A stretch of DNA of 62,846 nt, the filler included, from Candidatus Babelota bacterium (GTDB taxonomy: Bacteria > JAGOBX01): NCBI GenBank assembly GCA_017999075.1. It is 10 parts of 10 records of this genome, joined end to end, with 100 filler letters (N's around TTAATTAATTAA, not from the genome) between each part and the next. Parts side by side here need not be neighbours in the genome. Positions count along the whole stretch, not along the records: positions 46,021 to 57,509 come from JAGOBX010000066.1; positions 57,610 to 60,181 come from JAGOBX010000584.1; positions 60,282 to 62,846 come from JAGOBX010000585.1; 7 more parts are not named here. One strand, 5' to 3'. Position 1 is the stretch's first letter, and each line of letters starts with the position of its first letter. This document shows positions 49,001-60,283 of this stretch, piece by piece. The notes beneath the pieces were generated by a model that saw only the letters and a list, made by a program, of their open reading frames with translations, made no database searches and was not told the origin of the DNA. The translations under genes were made by a program, and so were the position numbers.

Positions 49001-52000
49001 TTACTTTATAGTGATTAACTTCGTAATTTTGAGACGGGTTCCATTGAACAAATACTTCACCTTGAATTAAATTTTCTATCATAGTAATTTCAAATTCATT
49101 TACAGGAGGCTGTTCAGGTGCTGGAATAAATTTTACAATTTCATTATTAGTATATATATTTGAAGGCGAATAAGTTCCATTATAATATATCATAGCCTGT
49201 ACTCGAAAAATATAAGTATCATTATCATTCAAATTCTGAATTTCAGAAGATAATAAATCAGTAGGTTCACTAAAATACCAATAATTATTTTTCAGACTTT
49301 TATATTCTATTCGGTAATAATTATAATTCCCTGAATAATTTCTTGTCCAGCTTACATTAACTTTTCCAGGTTCCAATACTTCTACGTTCTGTAAACTAAA
49401 TGCAGGCGCATTTATTGTATGCTGCTGCTGGTTAGTTTTATGTATAATATCTCCGCCAATTTTATACGATTCTATTCCAAAATAATAAGTCATTCCAGGC
49501 TGCATTCCAGTCAAAGTATAAGATAAAACATTCCCCACATCAATTTTATTAGAGTTCAAATTCAAACTTACAGAATCATAAACTAATCTATATCCAGTTA
49601 CTCCAAAATCAGTATAATCTACCGAATCTGTGGTCCATGCGATTTGAACGTTTCCGTTTTCATTTGAACTAATATTTGAAATATTAAACCATCCTACAGT
49701 TCCGTTGGAAGATGTAGCATTTTGTTCACTTGTAGAATTTATTACATTTCCAGTTACCCCAAGAGATAATACTTTAAAATAATATTTAGTTTCAGGAACA
49801 AGTCCTTTTATTTGTATTGACAAATCTATTCCATCTTCTTTTGTAAATGCTTCGCCTTCTTTATTCAGCATAGTAACATTAGGCTGGCGTGAATATATAG
49901 CTTTATAACCAACTACTCCGCCTGATATTAAATCAGCAGAATATTTTACCCAAATTGATCCGATATATTCTCCATAACCTTTATCAATTATAGCAAATGG
50001 TGGAGGAGTTATACCTGTTTTTTTGGACAAAACCAGCTGTTCAGGAGCTTCATAAAATACTGAATTATTATTTGTAACCGCAATAACAGAAACTCTATAT
50101 AAATCTCCCGCAGTTAATCCTGTAAACTCAAAATTATCAATCAATCCCAATCTTACCTGATATTCCCTCTCAAATTCATTACTGCCAGAATCTGTTCTTA
50201 TCTGCGTCGACACTATATATCCTGTTACTTCTGGAACAGTTCTATCCAATCTCGGCCATTTTACAAAAATTGAACCATCGGCAGAACCTCCGCGCAATTC
50301 CGATATATTGAAAACTATTGTTTTAGTAACTTTACTTGAAGTGGATACCTGAACAGGATTAGATAATACTGTTTGAGAAATTTTCACTTCTGATGAATTA
50401 TAAGCTTCAATAGTTATATTATAACTTACTCCAGGAGCTAAATCCTCTACAAAATAAGCATTATTATATGGAGGAAATAATTTTATACTTTGACCTGAAT
50501 ATGATATTGCATAAGATGGAGCTCCGCTAACAGTAACGGCAGTCCATTTAACTATATAATATGCGGCGCCCTGATAATCTGACCATTCAATCCATATTCC
50601 ATCGCTGTCAGGAGATACAGCATTCATAATTCTAAAATTATAAGGTATAATCAATTCTTTCTGAGGAGTCACTTTTGTCGGAAGATTATTTTCAATTAAC
50701 CGCACGCTAAAATTATATGTTTTTCCTGATAATACCTCTATTTCCGCAGAAGTTGTGGATATAAATCCAGGGTATTCCTGCAATAATTCCCCGCCAGGAG
50801 TATACGTATAAAACAATTTATATGTTCCATTATCTACTATAGCATTCCAGTTTATTGTCGCTTTATTGGTTGAACTGCTGTATATTGCAGAACTTATTTC
50901 AAAAACCTGTTCCGGAACAACATATGTATATTCAGGAGTTGTTTTTAATAATTCTCCGGTAGAACTGTATGATTTAACTACAAAAGTATATGTGCGGCCA
51001 GGATATACAGGTACAACAGCTTCCCCTAATGTTTTATTTAATAAATCACGTGAAACGCTTGTTAGTTTTTCTCCCTCCAGAATGTATGAATATTCAACAA
51101 CATATTTTCCAAAATTATCTGACACATCAGGTTCCCATAACACTTTAACATTATTCAGATATTGAACTGCATTTTTTATTACAAAATCACGCGGCGGCAT
51201 TTTGTATGCTGTTTTTAAATCAGAAATCTGAGTTTTTCTACTGGAAGCATCATATCCTACAATAATAAAATTATAATCCTTGTAATATAAAATAGTTCCT
51301 GGTTTTAATATTGCTCCTGCATTATCCAAAGCAAGTTCCGGAACTATATGACTGGTTTTTCCAGCCAACTGATTTTTAGGAATTTTAAATTCATAATTAT
51401 CTACCGTAGGAATTTTTGGAGCGGCAGAACCGTAAATTTCAAAATCCATATCTATTTTTTTACCTAAATCTTTTGCTCCAATAAATAATTTCCCTGCATT
51501 CGGATTAGGCATATTTACATTAAATTCTTTTGATATTTCACCTTCAGCAAGAGCGCTTGCGGCTTTTTCTGAAGTTATTCCTGCATTTGCAAAAGTAATC
51601 GGAGAATAAGTTTTATTTTCTGGAACTCCGTTTTTAACCAATATTCCGCTTACATTAGCTGATAATGACTGAATATTATCTAAACTATAAACATTTATAG
51701 TAACAGGATTCACGCTTACAATGTCTCCTTCAGGAGCAGAAGTCATTAGTCCTTTTGTCAACGATGTTGTTAATGTAACTTTCAATTTATTCAAGCCTGC
51801 TTCTGCGGCTTTTATTTTAGCTACAACCCATACATCAACATACTGTTCGTTGTTACTCCACTCAAGACGTATTTTTTCACTTTCAACAAATGAACCTGTT
51901 GTAAATTTTGGTTTCATTTTTATTTCATCGCTTCCATCGCCGGCCATATTATCAATTTTAAAAATCTGTTTACCCACATTTCCGCTGACAGGAGCTACAA

Positions 52001-55000
52001 TTTTCGAAGCTTCCGCATTGCCTCTGAACTGCCATTTTATAGTATATTCCTCAGCTTCAGGAGCAGGATCAAATGACACTCCTATAATTCCTTTTCCGTC
52101 AATTGTAACCACAGGTTTTAACATATCGGCAGTCAAGTTCGCAATCGTGAAATCTGCAGGTATATTTAAAGTTCCCGTATATTTATATACTTTTTCAGTA
52201 ACAGACGCAGGTACTAAATTTATCGGGTTTTTACCAGTTGCAATTATATCAAAAGGCAATTCCGCAGTTGATTTTGTTAAAGTTATTTTAACCGGCACAT
52301 CTGTTACAGAATAAGCAGCATCTTTTTCATCATAATACGTTACTGTTATTGCAGGAATCTGATTAGTATATTCCAAATTTGACATTACTGCTTGAACAGT
52401 AACATTTTCGTTAGGAACAACATTTGCCCCATCCTGAGGTTTTAAAAATACTGCCGTAGCATTTGTGATTTCAAACTTAACTTTCCCTTTTTTTAAATCT
52501 TTGGAGATTAAAACATTTCCTGTAAACTGCACTGCAGATTTTTTCTGTATTGTCCCGATTTTAACAGATTTTTGGGCCGCAGATATTACTGAATACGGCA
52601 ATGTTTCAGGAAGTTTATTCAAAATAGTTTTTGACGGCTGATCAGTCGTATATGCCGCTCCGTTTTTATCAATATATTTCACGCTGATATTTAAAACTTC
52701 AGGCATTGAAACTTCTTCACTTGATATAACAGCAGCTATCCCTACTTCACTTCCATAATTCAAAGTTAACCCGCTTATAGGTTTTATTATTCCGCCAACA
52801 GGATCAGTTACTTCCAAAACTGCTTCTCCATCTTTACAACTATCACTGATTTTAATCTTTCCTGAATATAAAACAGCTACAGGCGGAACAGGAGTTATTC
52901 CAAAATTCACAGGATATTTGACTCCGGCTGCTAATGCGTTTTCAGGTAAAACTTCAGGAAGTTTTGTCAATATTATATTTTCTGTTTTATACGCCGCGTT
53001 GTTTGCATCTGTATATTTTACTGTTATAGCAAAACCTTCGGGAATTACAGCTTCTCCGCTCGATATTCCAGATAAAATCGTTATTTCATTTCCGCCGGCA
53101 ACTATCTGGATATTCTCATTTGCCATCGGTTTTAAATGTATTCCGCCGGCAACAACAGATTCAAGTATAACAGCTCCGCGTCTTGTGGTTTGCGGCAACC
53201 TGAGTTTTCCCGAATACAAAATAGCAACTTTTGGAACAGGTATCGTCCCTATAGTTATTGATTTCGGAGCAGTGGTCAAAATAGCTTCAGGAAGTATTTC
53301 AGCAGTTTTAGCTAAACTTACATTCTCATTTTTATATGCATTTCCCGCTTCATCAGCATATTTTACATTAAGTATCATAGCCTCAGGAACTACTGCTTCG
53401 CCACTTGATATAACAGCATCAAATATTATTTCTTTTCCTTCTTTTGTTGCTTGAACAACTTCATTGTTTATAGGTTTTACAATTCCGCCTATCCCGCCTG
53501 AAACTTCAACAGTAATAATTCCTTTTTTGGCTGCAGGATCAAGAATCATTTTCCCGCGGTAAACAATCGCGTCTTTCTTATCCATTCTGATACCGATTTC
53601 AATCTTCTTCAATCCGGCTTTCACCAAACTCGCCATACCTGGCATTTCTTCAGCTTTTTTAAGTTCAACTGTTCCCTGATGCGTTATTGTTCCTATTTTG
53701 TTTTTTATTATATATTTTACATTTAAAGCTGCTGCAGCTTCCATCGGCATTAAAGAATTCGGAAATGCGGCGCCTTCGATTTTTATAACATTATTTGGAG
53801 CTGCTTCAGTTACAAATGCAGGCAATAAACTTGCATCTGCTTCCTGCAATTCTATAGTCAATAATCCGTCTTTCGCATCAGCAGGAACTTTCAGTTCAGA
53901 GCGATACATAACTGTCGGAACAGCAATAAATCTGGTCTGAAACAAGGTTTCATTTTGTCTTACTTCTATATTTATAGGCATTTCTATCGGAGATTCCACT
54001 GTGAATCCACCGTCTTCAGCAACTTCTATTTTCTGACCGTTTGCAGTTACAGTAAATTTTATTGCAACCTGTTTCATTTGTTTTACAATATGTGCCGGTT
54101 TTCCAAGGTCAGCTACTTCAGCGTCAAATTTTGTCGGAGATATTTCTCCTCCTGACAATTTTCCTTTAACCCTAAACTTTCCAGCAGCTTTATCAACTTT
54201 TGCCTCATTTATTTGAAGTTTAGGTTCTTTTATTTTAACTTCATACGCTTTTTCAAATTTCCCACCCTCAAATATTTTAACATCCTCATTATTAATTTTT
54301 AAATATGCTATACCCCTGTCATTAGGTTTATTGTCTGTAGCTATTCCTTTAACTATAACCATATTTCCCTGTATAGACGCATCCCATACAAGTTCAGGAT
54401 TGCTCGCATCTGCAGGCAATTCAGCTTTTGCAGATTTTTCAGTCACCTGACCGCTTTTATCAACTGCTTTCACCTTAACTTCTATAACTTCTTTACCGCC
54501 ATCATTTTTAATCATTTCTTTAGCAATAACTATAGACTGTTTAAATACTCCGCCTTCTGCAGGAAGAGCAGATGATAGAGGAATGCCTCCAACTAAAACT
54601 TCTTTTAATGCAATGTTATCAGTAACTTTTCCATCAATAACAATTTTCCCTGACTCTATCACTGTTCCTGTTATTTCTATGACAGGAGGCATATTATCCT
54701 GTAAAACAACCACAAAAGTTGTTTTTTTCCCTGTTCCATCTTCAGCTTCTACTGTTACAGATTGCATTTCTGCGCTTAATACCAATATTTTTTCAAATGT
54801 ACCATTGTTTAAAACCATCGCTTCATTATTTATTTTTACTGATTTAAGTTCAATATCATCTTCGGCAAAACCTGTTATTTTAACTGTATTGGCGGTATAA
54901 ACAGGAGACGAAACAACAAGATTAGGAGCTTTTTTATCTTCAAGTGCTTTAACCGTTAAAGTTAACTTTTCCGAAGAAATGTTTTCTGAATTTACTGCCC

Positions 55001-56612
55001 ATAAAGAAATTGTCTTCGGCTGCATTTCCATTTTAATAATTTTTTTAAAAGCTCCGGCTGCATCAGCAGGTCCGATTTTCACTCCATCAAACATAATATC
55101 AACGCCTGCGTCAGATATTCCTCCAATAATTGCCTCTTTCCCCAAATACTGAATATCTCCTAAAGTTAACGCTACTTTTTTTATAACTTTTTTCCCTTCA
55201 AGAGAAGCAATTTTCTGCATTATTTTTTCAATTGATTCCTGAGCTTCAACAAATTTTTCCGAAGCAAATGAGTCTTTAACAAACTGTAAAATTACAAATA
55301 ATTCATCTACTGACAATCCTGCAGTTTTTTTATCATTCAATAATTTTTCTGTTTCCTGTATTTTTTCCATCAAACCTTCAGGAGCTTTTTTCCTTGCCAG
55401 GGCCAAGGCTTTTTTTGCTTCTGCAATCAATGATGCAGCTTCAGATATATTATTTGACTGCTGAGCCATTAAAGCGCGTTTGAAAACCGCCTCAGCTTCA
55501 TTTATTATAAATCCGTTTTTTCCTTTATCCAGTAATTCATTGTTAAACTGTTCAATAATTTTATCTATATCTATTATTTCCGATTTTGCCGGCGCTGTTT
55601 TTATTTCATTTATTATTGTCTTAATCAATTCTACTGCTTCCTGAAATTTTCCTGCTTTAGCAAGTTCTTCAACATCTTTTATTTTTGCTATTGATTTTTC
55701 TATTTCAAATTTTCCAAATTTTTCAGCTACAAGCGGTTCAATTTCAGAACGTAATTTCCCGAGTTCAAGAGCAAATGGATTTTCCGGTTTTTTTAATGTT
55801 TCAATATCTTTTAATAAGGTATTCACATCTTTTTCAAACTTATCAAATTTTCTCGTTGAATAAAAATTTTCAACTGTTTTTTTATTATTTTCAAGACTTG
55901 TCGGAATTATATACCCTTCTTTCTTTTTTTCTTCCCATTTTGCATTTAATTGTTCATAAAGAATTGTATATTTAGGATCAATTGATTTGAATTGAGCATC
56001 ATCAGTATCTTCCGGTTTGTTTTGACGGTATTCGCTGCTGCCGTCCGCATTTTTGTTCAGTGTATTGCCTGCGTCAAGTGGACCGCCTGAAGAACCGTTT
56101 TCATCAGTTACAAATAATTGTCCTTCTGTCAAAGTCGCTTTAGTCGGTTTTTCATCTCCCTGAGAATCTATTATTCCTTCAGTTCCACGAACTCCGCAAA
56201 CTGCACTTGGCGTCGAAACCTTGAATGTTGATTGAGTAGATTTCAATTTATCAACATTGAATTTCACTCCTCCGAAATTCACTTTAAAATCACGGTTTTT
56301 CGCATTTGTTTTTGCATCCGTAGAATAATCATTTACTACAACTTCAGAATTTTCTTTTATGACAAACTTGGTTTTACCTTCGTCGAATGACAATTCTGCT
56401 AATGCGTTCAAGGAAGTTTTTATCTTACTCTGTGATTTAAGCTCCATTCCCTGAACAGCTTTTTCCCATTCTGATGATACGGTAAGTTTTACCATTACCT
56501 TACCTGCTACTTTGCTCAATAATATTTTATCTTCTTCGGCAAAACCTGCCGAACAAATTATTGCAGCCATTAAAATTATTATAAACAATACTCTTAATTG
56601 CTTAAATTTCAT
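46021..56612 (-). CDS. Giant (>3500 aa, 3' truncated) exported protein: FecR domain, helical region, Ig-like domains, about 115-aa repeats, at least 18 FN3-like domains
   Basis: AAGGAG RBS before ATG 56612; signal peptide; FecR motif FKVSTPSAVCGVRGT; D..AP/D..PP Ig-like starts; FN3-like units (G.V.L.W...Y.V.Y...L..G.TY.F.V.A). Confidence 0.82.
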
Positions 56613-56791
56613 ATTAGACAACTCCTTAAAAAATTTTTTTATTCATTTTTAGTTAGATGTATTTAAAACACATTATAAATATAAAGCAATTTCTTTTCAT
56701 TAATATTTTTTTTTACTATTAAATTTAGTAATCAGTCAATTACTTTATAAAAAGCTTTTTTTTTAAGTTGAAATAAAAATAAATGGCGCGA

Positions 56792-56815
56792 TTGTGTATA
56801 TTTTTTTATACACAA
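56792..56815. terminator. Hairpin downstream of the GT4 gene
   Basis: TTGTGTATA-TTTTTT-TATACACAA, a 9-bp stem. Confidence 0.35.
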
Positions 56816-56827
56816 AATGAAAGAAGA

Positions 56828-57509
56828 TTATTCTAATATATTTTTAAATAATTGAGCATATTGACTAGATATATTTATATAATCATATTTAGTTGTTGAA
56901 GCAATATATGCATTTTCAGAAATACGAAAATAAAATTTTTCATCTGACAATAACAATTTTATTTTATCAACATATTCTTCCTTTTTATTACAAACATAAC
57001 CAGTGTTATTGTTGATTATAAAATCTGTCCAGCCTCCTGTATTAGAACAAACAGGTATCACACCGCAAGCCATTGATTCAATAGCTGCAATGCAAAAAGC
57101 TTCATGAAGCGAAGGTAAAAGAAAAATATCAGAATTTTGATATAATTCTATCAATTTTTTTTCATCAACATAATCAAAAAAGAAAATTTTATCTAAAATG
57201 TTCAATTTTTCAGCTTTTCTTACAAGATTTTCTTTTTCAGGTCCGTCGCCGACTATAAAATAAATAATATTAAAACCCGAACAAATCAAATCATAAAAAA
57301 TATCAATTGCAAGCTCCATATTTTTTCTTTTCACAAGACGGCAAACTGAAATAATTATTTTTACAGAATCAGAAATTTTTAATTTCATTCTGACATTTTT
57401 ATTTTTTAGGGGAGAATATTTTTTAGAATCAATGCAATGCGGGATTATAACGCATTTTTTTTCATATTCCGGAAACAATCCGATAGTTCTGTTCAGCATA
57501 TCTGAACTC
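56828..57509 (-). CDS. Glycosyltransferase family 4 (5' truncated)
   Basis: SVCRLVKRKN, VGDGPE, EAFCIAAIESMACG. Confidence 0.9.
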
Positions 57510-57609
57510 NNNNNNNNNNNNNNNNNNNNNNNNNNNNNNNNNNNNNNNNNNNNTTAATTAATTAANNNNNNNNNNNNNNNNNNNNNNNNNNNNNNNNNNN
57601 NNNNNNNNN

Positions 57610-57799
57610 TGCCCACGATGGATATATTTAATTCCAGACCATATTTATTATTTATAATTTCCAACCAATTGAAAACTTCTTCCAAGTGTTTTTTCTCTGA
57701 ATATCTCCTCCCTGAAGAATTCTTAGAAGGGCTCCAATAGTAACAATTAGAGAATATAACGTCTGGAGCATTTAAATCACTTAATGTTATTTTCCCCAT
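57610..57799 (-). CDS. Hypothetical protein (truncated)
   Basis: Strong RBS AGAGGAAA before ATG; MGKITLSDLNAPDVIFSNCYYWSPSKNSSGRR. Confidence 0.6.
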
Positions 57800-57817
57800 A
57801 TTTTCCTCCTATTTTTT

Positions 57818-58147
57818 TTAATCAAGAATACTTTTTGCTTTTTTTAATTTTTCTGTAAGTAGGTTTTGTATATCATCGTAATGGCCTTCTATAACAAAAT
57901 CATCATATTTCGATCCGCCATAAATTTTTTTCGAACAAAATTCGAAATCTATTATCATTCCTTTTTTGGAATGATAAAATATATATTTCTGTGGAATATA
58001 TATTTTTTCTGTTCCTGTATCTGTAGTTTCCTGGAGAACTAAGGATTCTCCAGTTTCGCTTAATAAATCAATTTGGACGAAAACTTCTTCACCAGAAGTT
58101 CTCGTTCGGAGTACTTTTTTTTCTCCGAATTTTATGATTTTATCCAT
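57818..58147 (-). CDS. Hypothetical protein
   Basis: RBS GAGGAGG before ATG 58147 (MDKIIKFGEK). Confidence 0.7.
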   Translation of the reverse strand: MDKIIKFGEKKVLRTRTSGEEVFVQIDLLSETGESLVLQETTDTGTEKIYIPQKYIFYHSKKGMIIDFEFCSKKIYGGSKYDDFVIEGHYDDIQNLLTEKLKKAKSILD

Positions 58148-58166
58148 ATATTTCCTCCTCATCAAT

Positions 58167-58194
58167 ATAATAAAATATTTAAATTTATTGTCAA
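58167..58194 (-). promoter_or_regulatory. Sigma70-type promoter
   Basis: TTGACA-16 nt-TATTAT with upstream A tracts, immediately before the GAGGAGG RBS. Confidence 0.6.
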
Positions 58195-58224
58195 GTCTTT
58201 TTTGAAAAAATTTTGAAATTTTTT

Positions 58225-58572
58225 TTAGATTTCTATAAAAAATTCATTTTCAAGTCGAAATTGATAGTATATATCTTCCGAATATTCAAACTGTACAAAG
58301 TTAAAATCATATTTATTTATTAATTTGATTATTTCTTTTTCATTCAATTTTATATTACAATAATTTAATTCTTTTAATAGATTAAAATTCCCGAAAGATG
58401 AGTTTGAGCCAAATAAAATTTCATAAAGGTTTATAGATATCGGAATTATTTGAATATAAAAATAATAATTGTATAAATTTGTATTGTCAAAATCATTATT
58501 ATACATTATTGTAACAACAGTAAAGTTTTTTAATTGTTTTACAATCTCATCTTTCATCTGTTTTTTTGTCAT
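58225..58572 (-). CDS. Hypothetical protein, extremely AT-rich
   Basis: 115-aa ORF whose ATG overlaps the upstream stop (TAATG). Confidence 0.55.
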   Translation of the reverse strand: MTKKQMKDEIVKQLKNFTVVTIMYNNDFDNTNLYNYYFYIQIIPISINLYEILFGSNSSFGNFNLLKELNYCNIKLNEKEIIKLINKYDFNFVQFEYSEDIYYQFRLENEFFIEI

Positions 58573-59465
58573 TAAAATATTTTACCGTCAATAATTTTTT
58601 TATTTTCAACATTATAAAATCCATTTGTATCATATTTTATTATAGCAAAACCATTGTTCCAGTTATTTATAATAGCATAATCTAAATTTTCGCATAAACA
58701 ACCCGTTACATAACCGCCGTAATATTTACCATTTATATTTTTCCAAGTCTTGTCTTGGGTTCTATGCCAATGACCGCAAATAAAATTATTATGAACTTTT
58801 TTCCAAACAATGTTCGTAATATATTCGGCATTGCTATTTTTACAATTTACTTCGTGACCGTGCATATACCATAGCTTCCCTATTGCAAAAGGTTGTTTAA
58901 CATATTGTATATTTAATTTTTCTAATTCCAGTTTTTCTTGCAGTATATTTTCTAATAGTTCATATAATTCTTTTGCATTACTGATTATATAAGTTTCTAA
59001 TCTTCTTTCGTGATTGCCTTCTAAATAAATTATTTCTGCATCAGAGAATAAATTTCTGATTTTATATAGAAAATTTTTTGTGATATTTATTTCTTCAAAA
59101 ACATTTCTTTGTTTTGGATTATTTATAAATTTCGATATTTTATAAAAGTCTACTATATCACCGCCTAATATTATTTTAGTCGGCTTAATATCTCTTATAT
59201 ATTCTATTGCAATATCTAAATTAAGTTTGTCTTCGTATGGGATATGGATATCAGATAAAAAAGCGACTATTTCTTTTGTCTTTACTTCTAATATATCAGG
59301 ATTAAAAGATAATATGCTTTTGTTATTATAAGCATTTAATAAAAATTCGGCAGTTTTTTCAGAAACACCTAAAAGCTCTTTTAATTTATTTCTGCCGACT
59401 TTTTGCTTTTTTAGTATACAATAGGCTTTTTGCCATAAATTTTTATCTATTTGCACGCCGACCAT
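58572..59465 (-). CDS. Calcineurin-like metallophosphoesterase with an N-terminal HTH-like segment
   Basis: SDIH, GGDIVD, EGNHE, HGH, GHWH; N-terminal GRNKLKELLGVSEKTA. Start at ATG 59465 or GTG 59456. Confidence 0.88.
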   Translation of the reverse strand: MVGVQIDKNLWQKAYCILKKQKVGRNKLKELLGVSEKTAEFLLNAYNNKSILSFNPDILEVKTKEIVAFLSDIHIPYEDKLNLDIAIEYIRDIKPTKIILGGDIVDFYKISKFINNPKQRNVFEEINITKNFLYKIRNLFSDAEIIYLEGNHERRLETYIISNAKELYELLENILQEKLELEKLNIQYVKQPFAIGKLWYMHGHEVNCKNSNAEYITNIVWKKVHNNFICGHWHRTQDKTWKNINGKYYGGYVTGCLCENLDYAIINNWNNGFAIIKYDTNGFYNVENKKIIDGKIF

Positions 59466-59686
59466 CCGCAAGCAGGGCAATAACAACAACCTTCTGCGTA
59501 AAAAAGTTCGTTTTCGCATTCAGGACATAAGCCGAACTCTGGGCAAAGCCCGAAATCAACAAGTCTTTCTGGTTCTGTTTCTTTTAATTTTTCAATTTCT
59601 TCTTTTTTCATACCTTCTCCACTACTTTTATTACTCTCTGGTTTTAATCTGCTTACTCCATTACCTATCAACAACATTTTTTTCAT
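59447..59686 (-). CDS. Small zinc-ribbon protein (alternative start at ATG 59611)
   Basis: CPECENELFYAEGCCYCPACGWSAC, resembling the C-terminal zinc ribbon of class II ribonucleotide reductases; internal RBS GGAGAAGG before ATG 59611. Confidence 0.7.
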   Translation of the reverse strand: MKKMLLIGNGVSRLKPESNKSSGEGMKKEEIEKLKETEPERLVDFGLCPEFGLCPECENELFYAEGCCYCPACGWSACK

Positions 59687-60117
59687 AATTTGATTAGAAT
59701 TCCTTTTTCACCTATATTCCAATATGAAATAAATTTGTCATAATTGTTCGGAGGTATTGTTAAACAACCCTCCGAGTTATCAGTCCTTAATCCGCCTTTG
59801 TGGATTAATATCCCGCTCGCTATTTTTTCCCCTTTGTGTCTTGGGTTTTCCTGTATCGTCGGTATTATCCCGCTTCCCTTTTGAGTTAGAACCCTTAAAC
59901 ACTTCCCCAGCCTCTGATGGTTCTCGCATATTATCTGATATGTCCCGTTTGCTATTTCTATCTTCCCATCCTTCCTCAGCACCCCTGAGTCTACATTCAT
60001 CAGGGTTATCATTAATATTCCTTCGTCTTCCAGTATCGCCTGGCTGTCGTATTTGTCCCCGCTCGGTAGTATTATTGGTGCGTCCGCTTCGTGACTTCTT
60101 ACTGTGAGTTTTTTCAT
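59683..60117 (-). CDS. DUF5675 / L,D-transpeptidase-like protein (possible phage cell-wall enzyme)
   Basis: IANGTY, GILIHKGG and SEGCLTI (conserved His and Cys); RBS GGAGGG before ATG 60117. Confidence 0.65.
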   Translation of the reverse strand: MKKLTVRSHEADAPIILPSGDKYDSQAILEDEGILMITLMNVDSGVLRKDGKIEIANGTYQIICENHQRLGKCLRVLTQKGSGIIPTIQENPRHKGEKIASGILIHKGGLRTDNSEGCLTIPPNNYDKFISYWNIGEKGILIKL

Positions 60118-60283
60118 ATATGAACCCTCCAAAAAAAGCTATAAAAAGATTTAATAATAATATTAATATCCCTTTTAATCCNNNNNNNNNNNNNNNNNNN
60201 NNNNNNNNNNNNNNNNNNNNNNNNNTTAATTAATTAANNNNNNNNNNNNNNNNNNNNNNNNNNNNNNNNNNNNNNNNNNNNAT

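Larger units (their letters stand above)
57610..60181 (-). mobile_element. Phage- or prophage-like contig fragment
   Basis: Short, co-oriented, tightly packed ORFs: a DUF5675-like protein, a zinc ribbon, a metallophosphoesterase and three hypothetical proteins. No structural hallmark gene is visible. Confidence 0.6.

Noticed and set aside
50866..55975. Plus-strand ORFs of up to 197 aa inside the giant gene, and similar short antisense or alternative-frame ORFs elsewhere (for example 10043, 14058, 29318, 44079, 59757)
   Set aside because: They are shadows of well-supported genes and have no recognisable motifs.
46021..56612. The giant protein as the cohesin scaffold for the dockerin-bearing PLD protein
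   Set aside because: No cohesin-like sequence is recognisable in it, and the two genes are on unlinked contigs.
11705..60281. Regularly recurring TTAATTAATTAA flanked by N runs, and contigs alternating between about 11.5-11.7 kb and about 2.6 kb
   Set aside because: These are scaffolding linkers and an ordering artefact, not a biological repeat. No operon or system was inferred across them.
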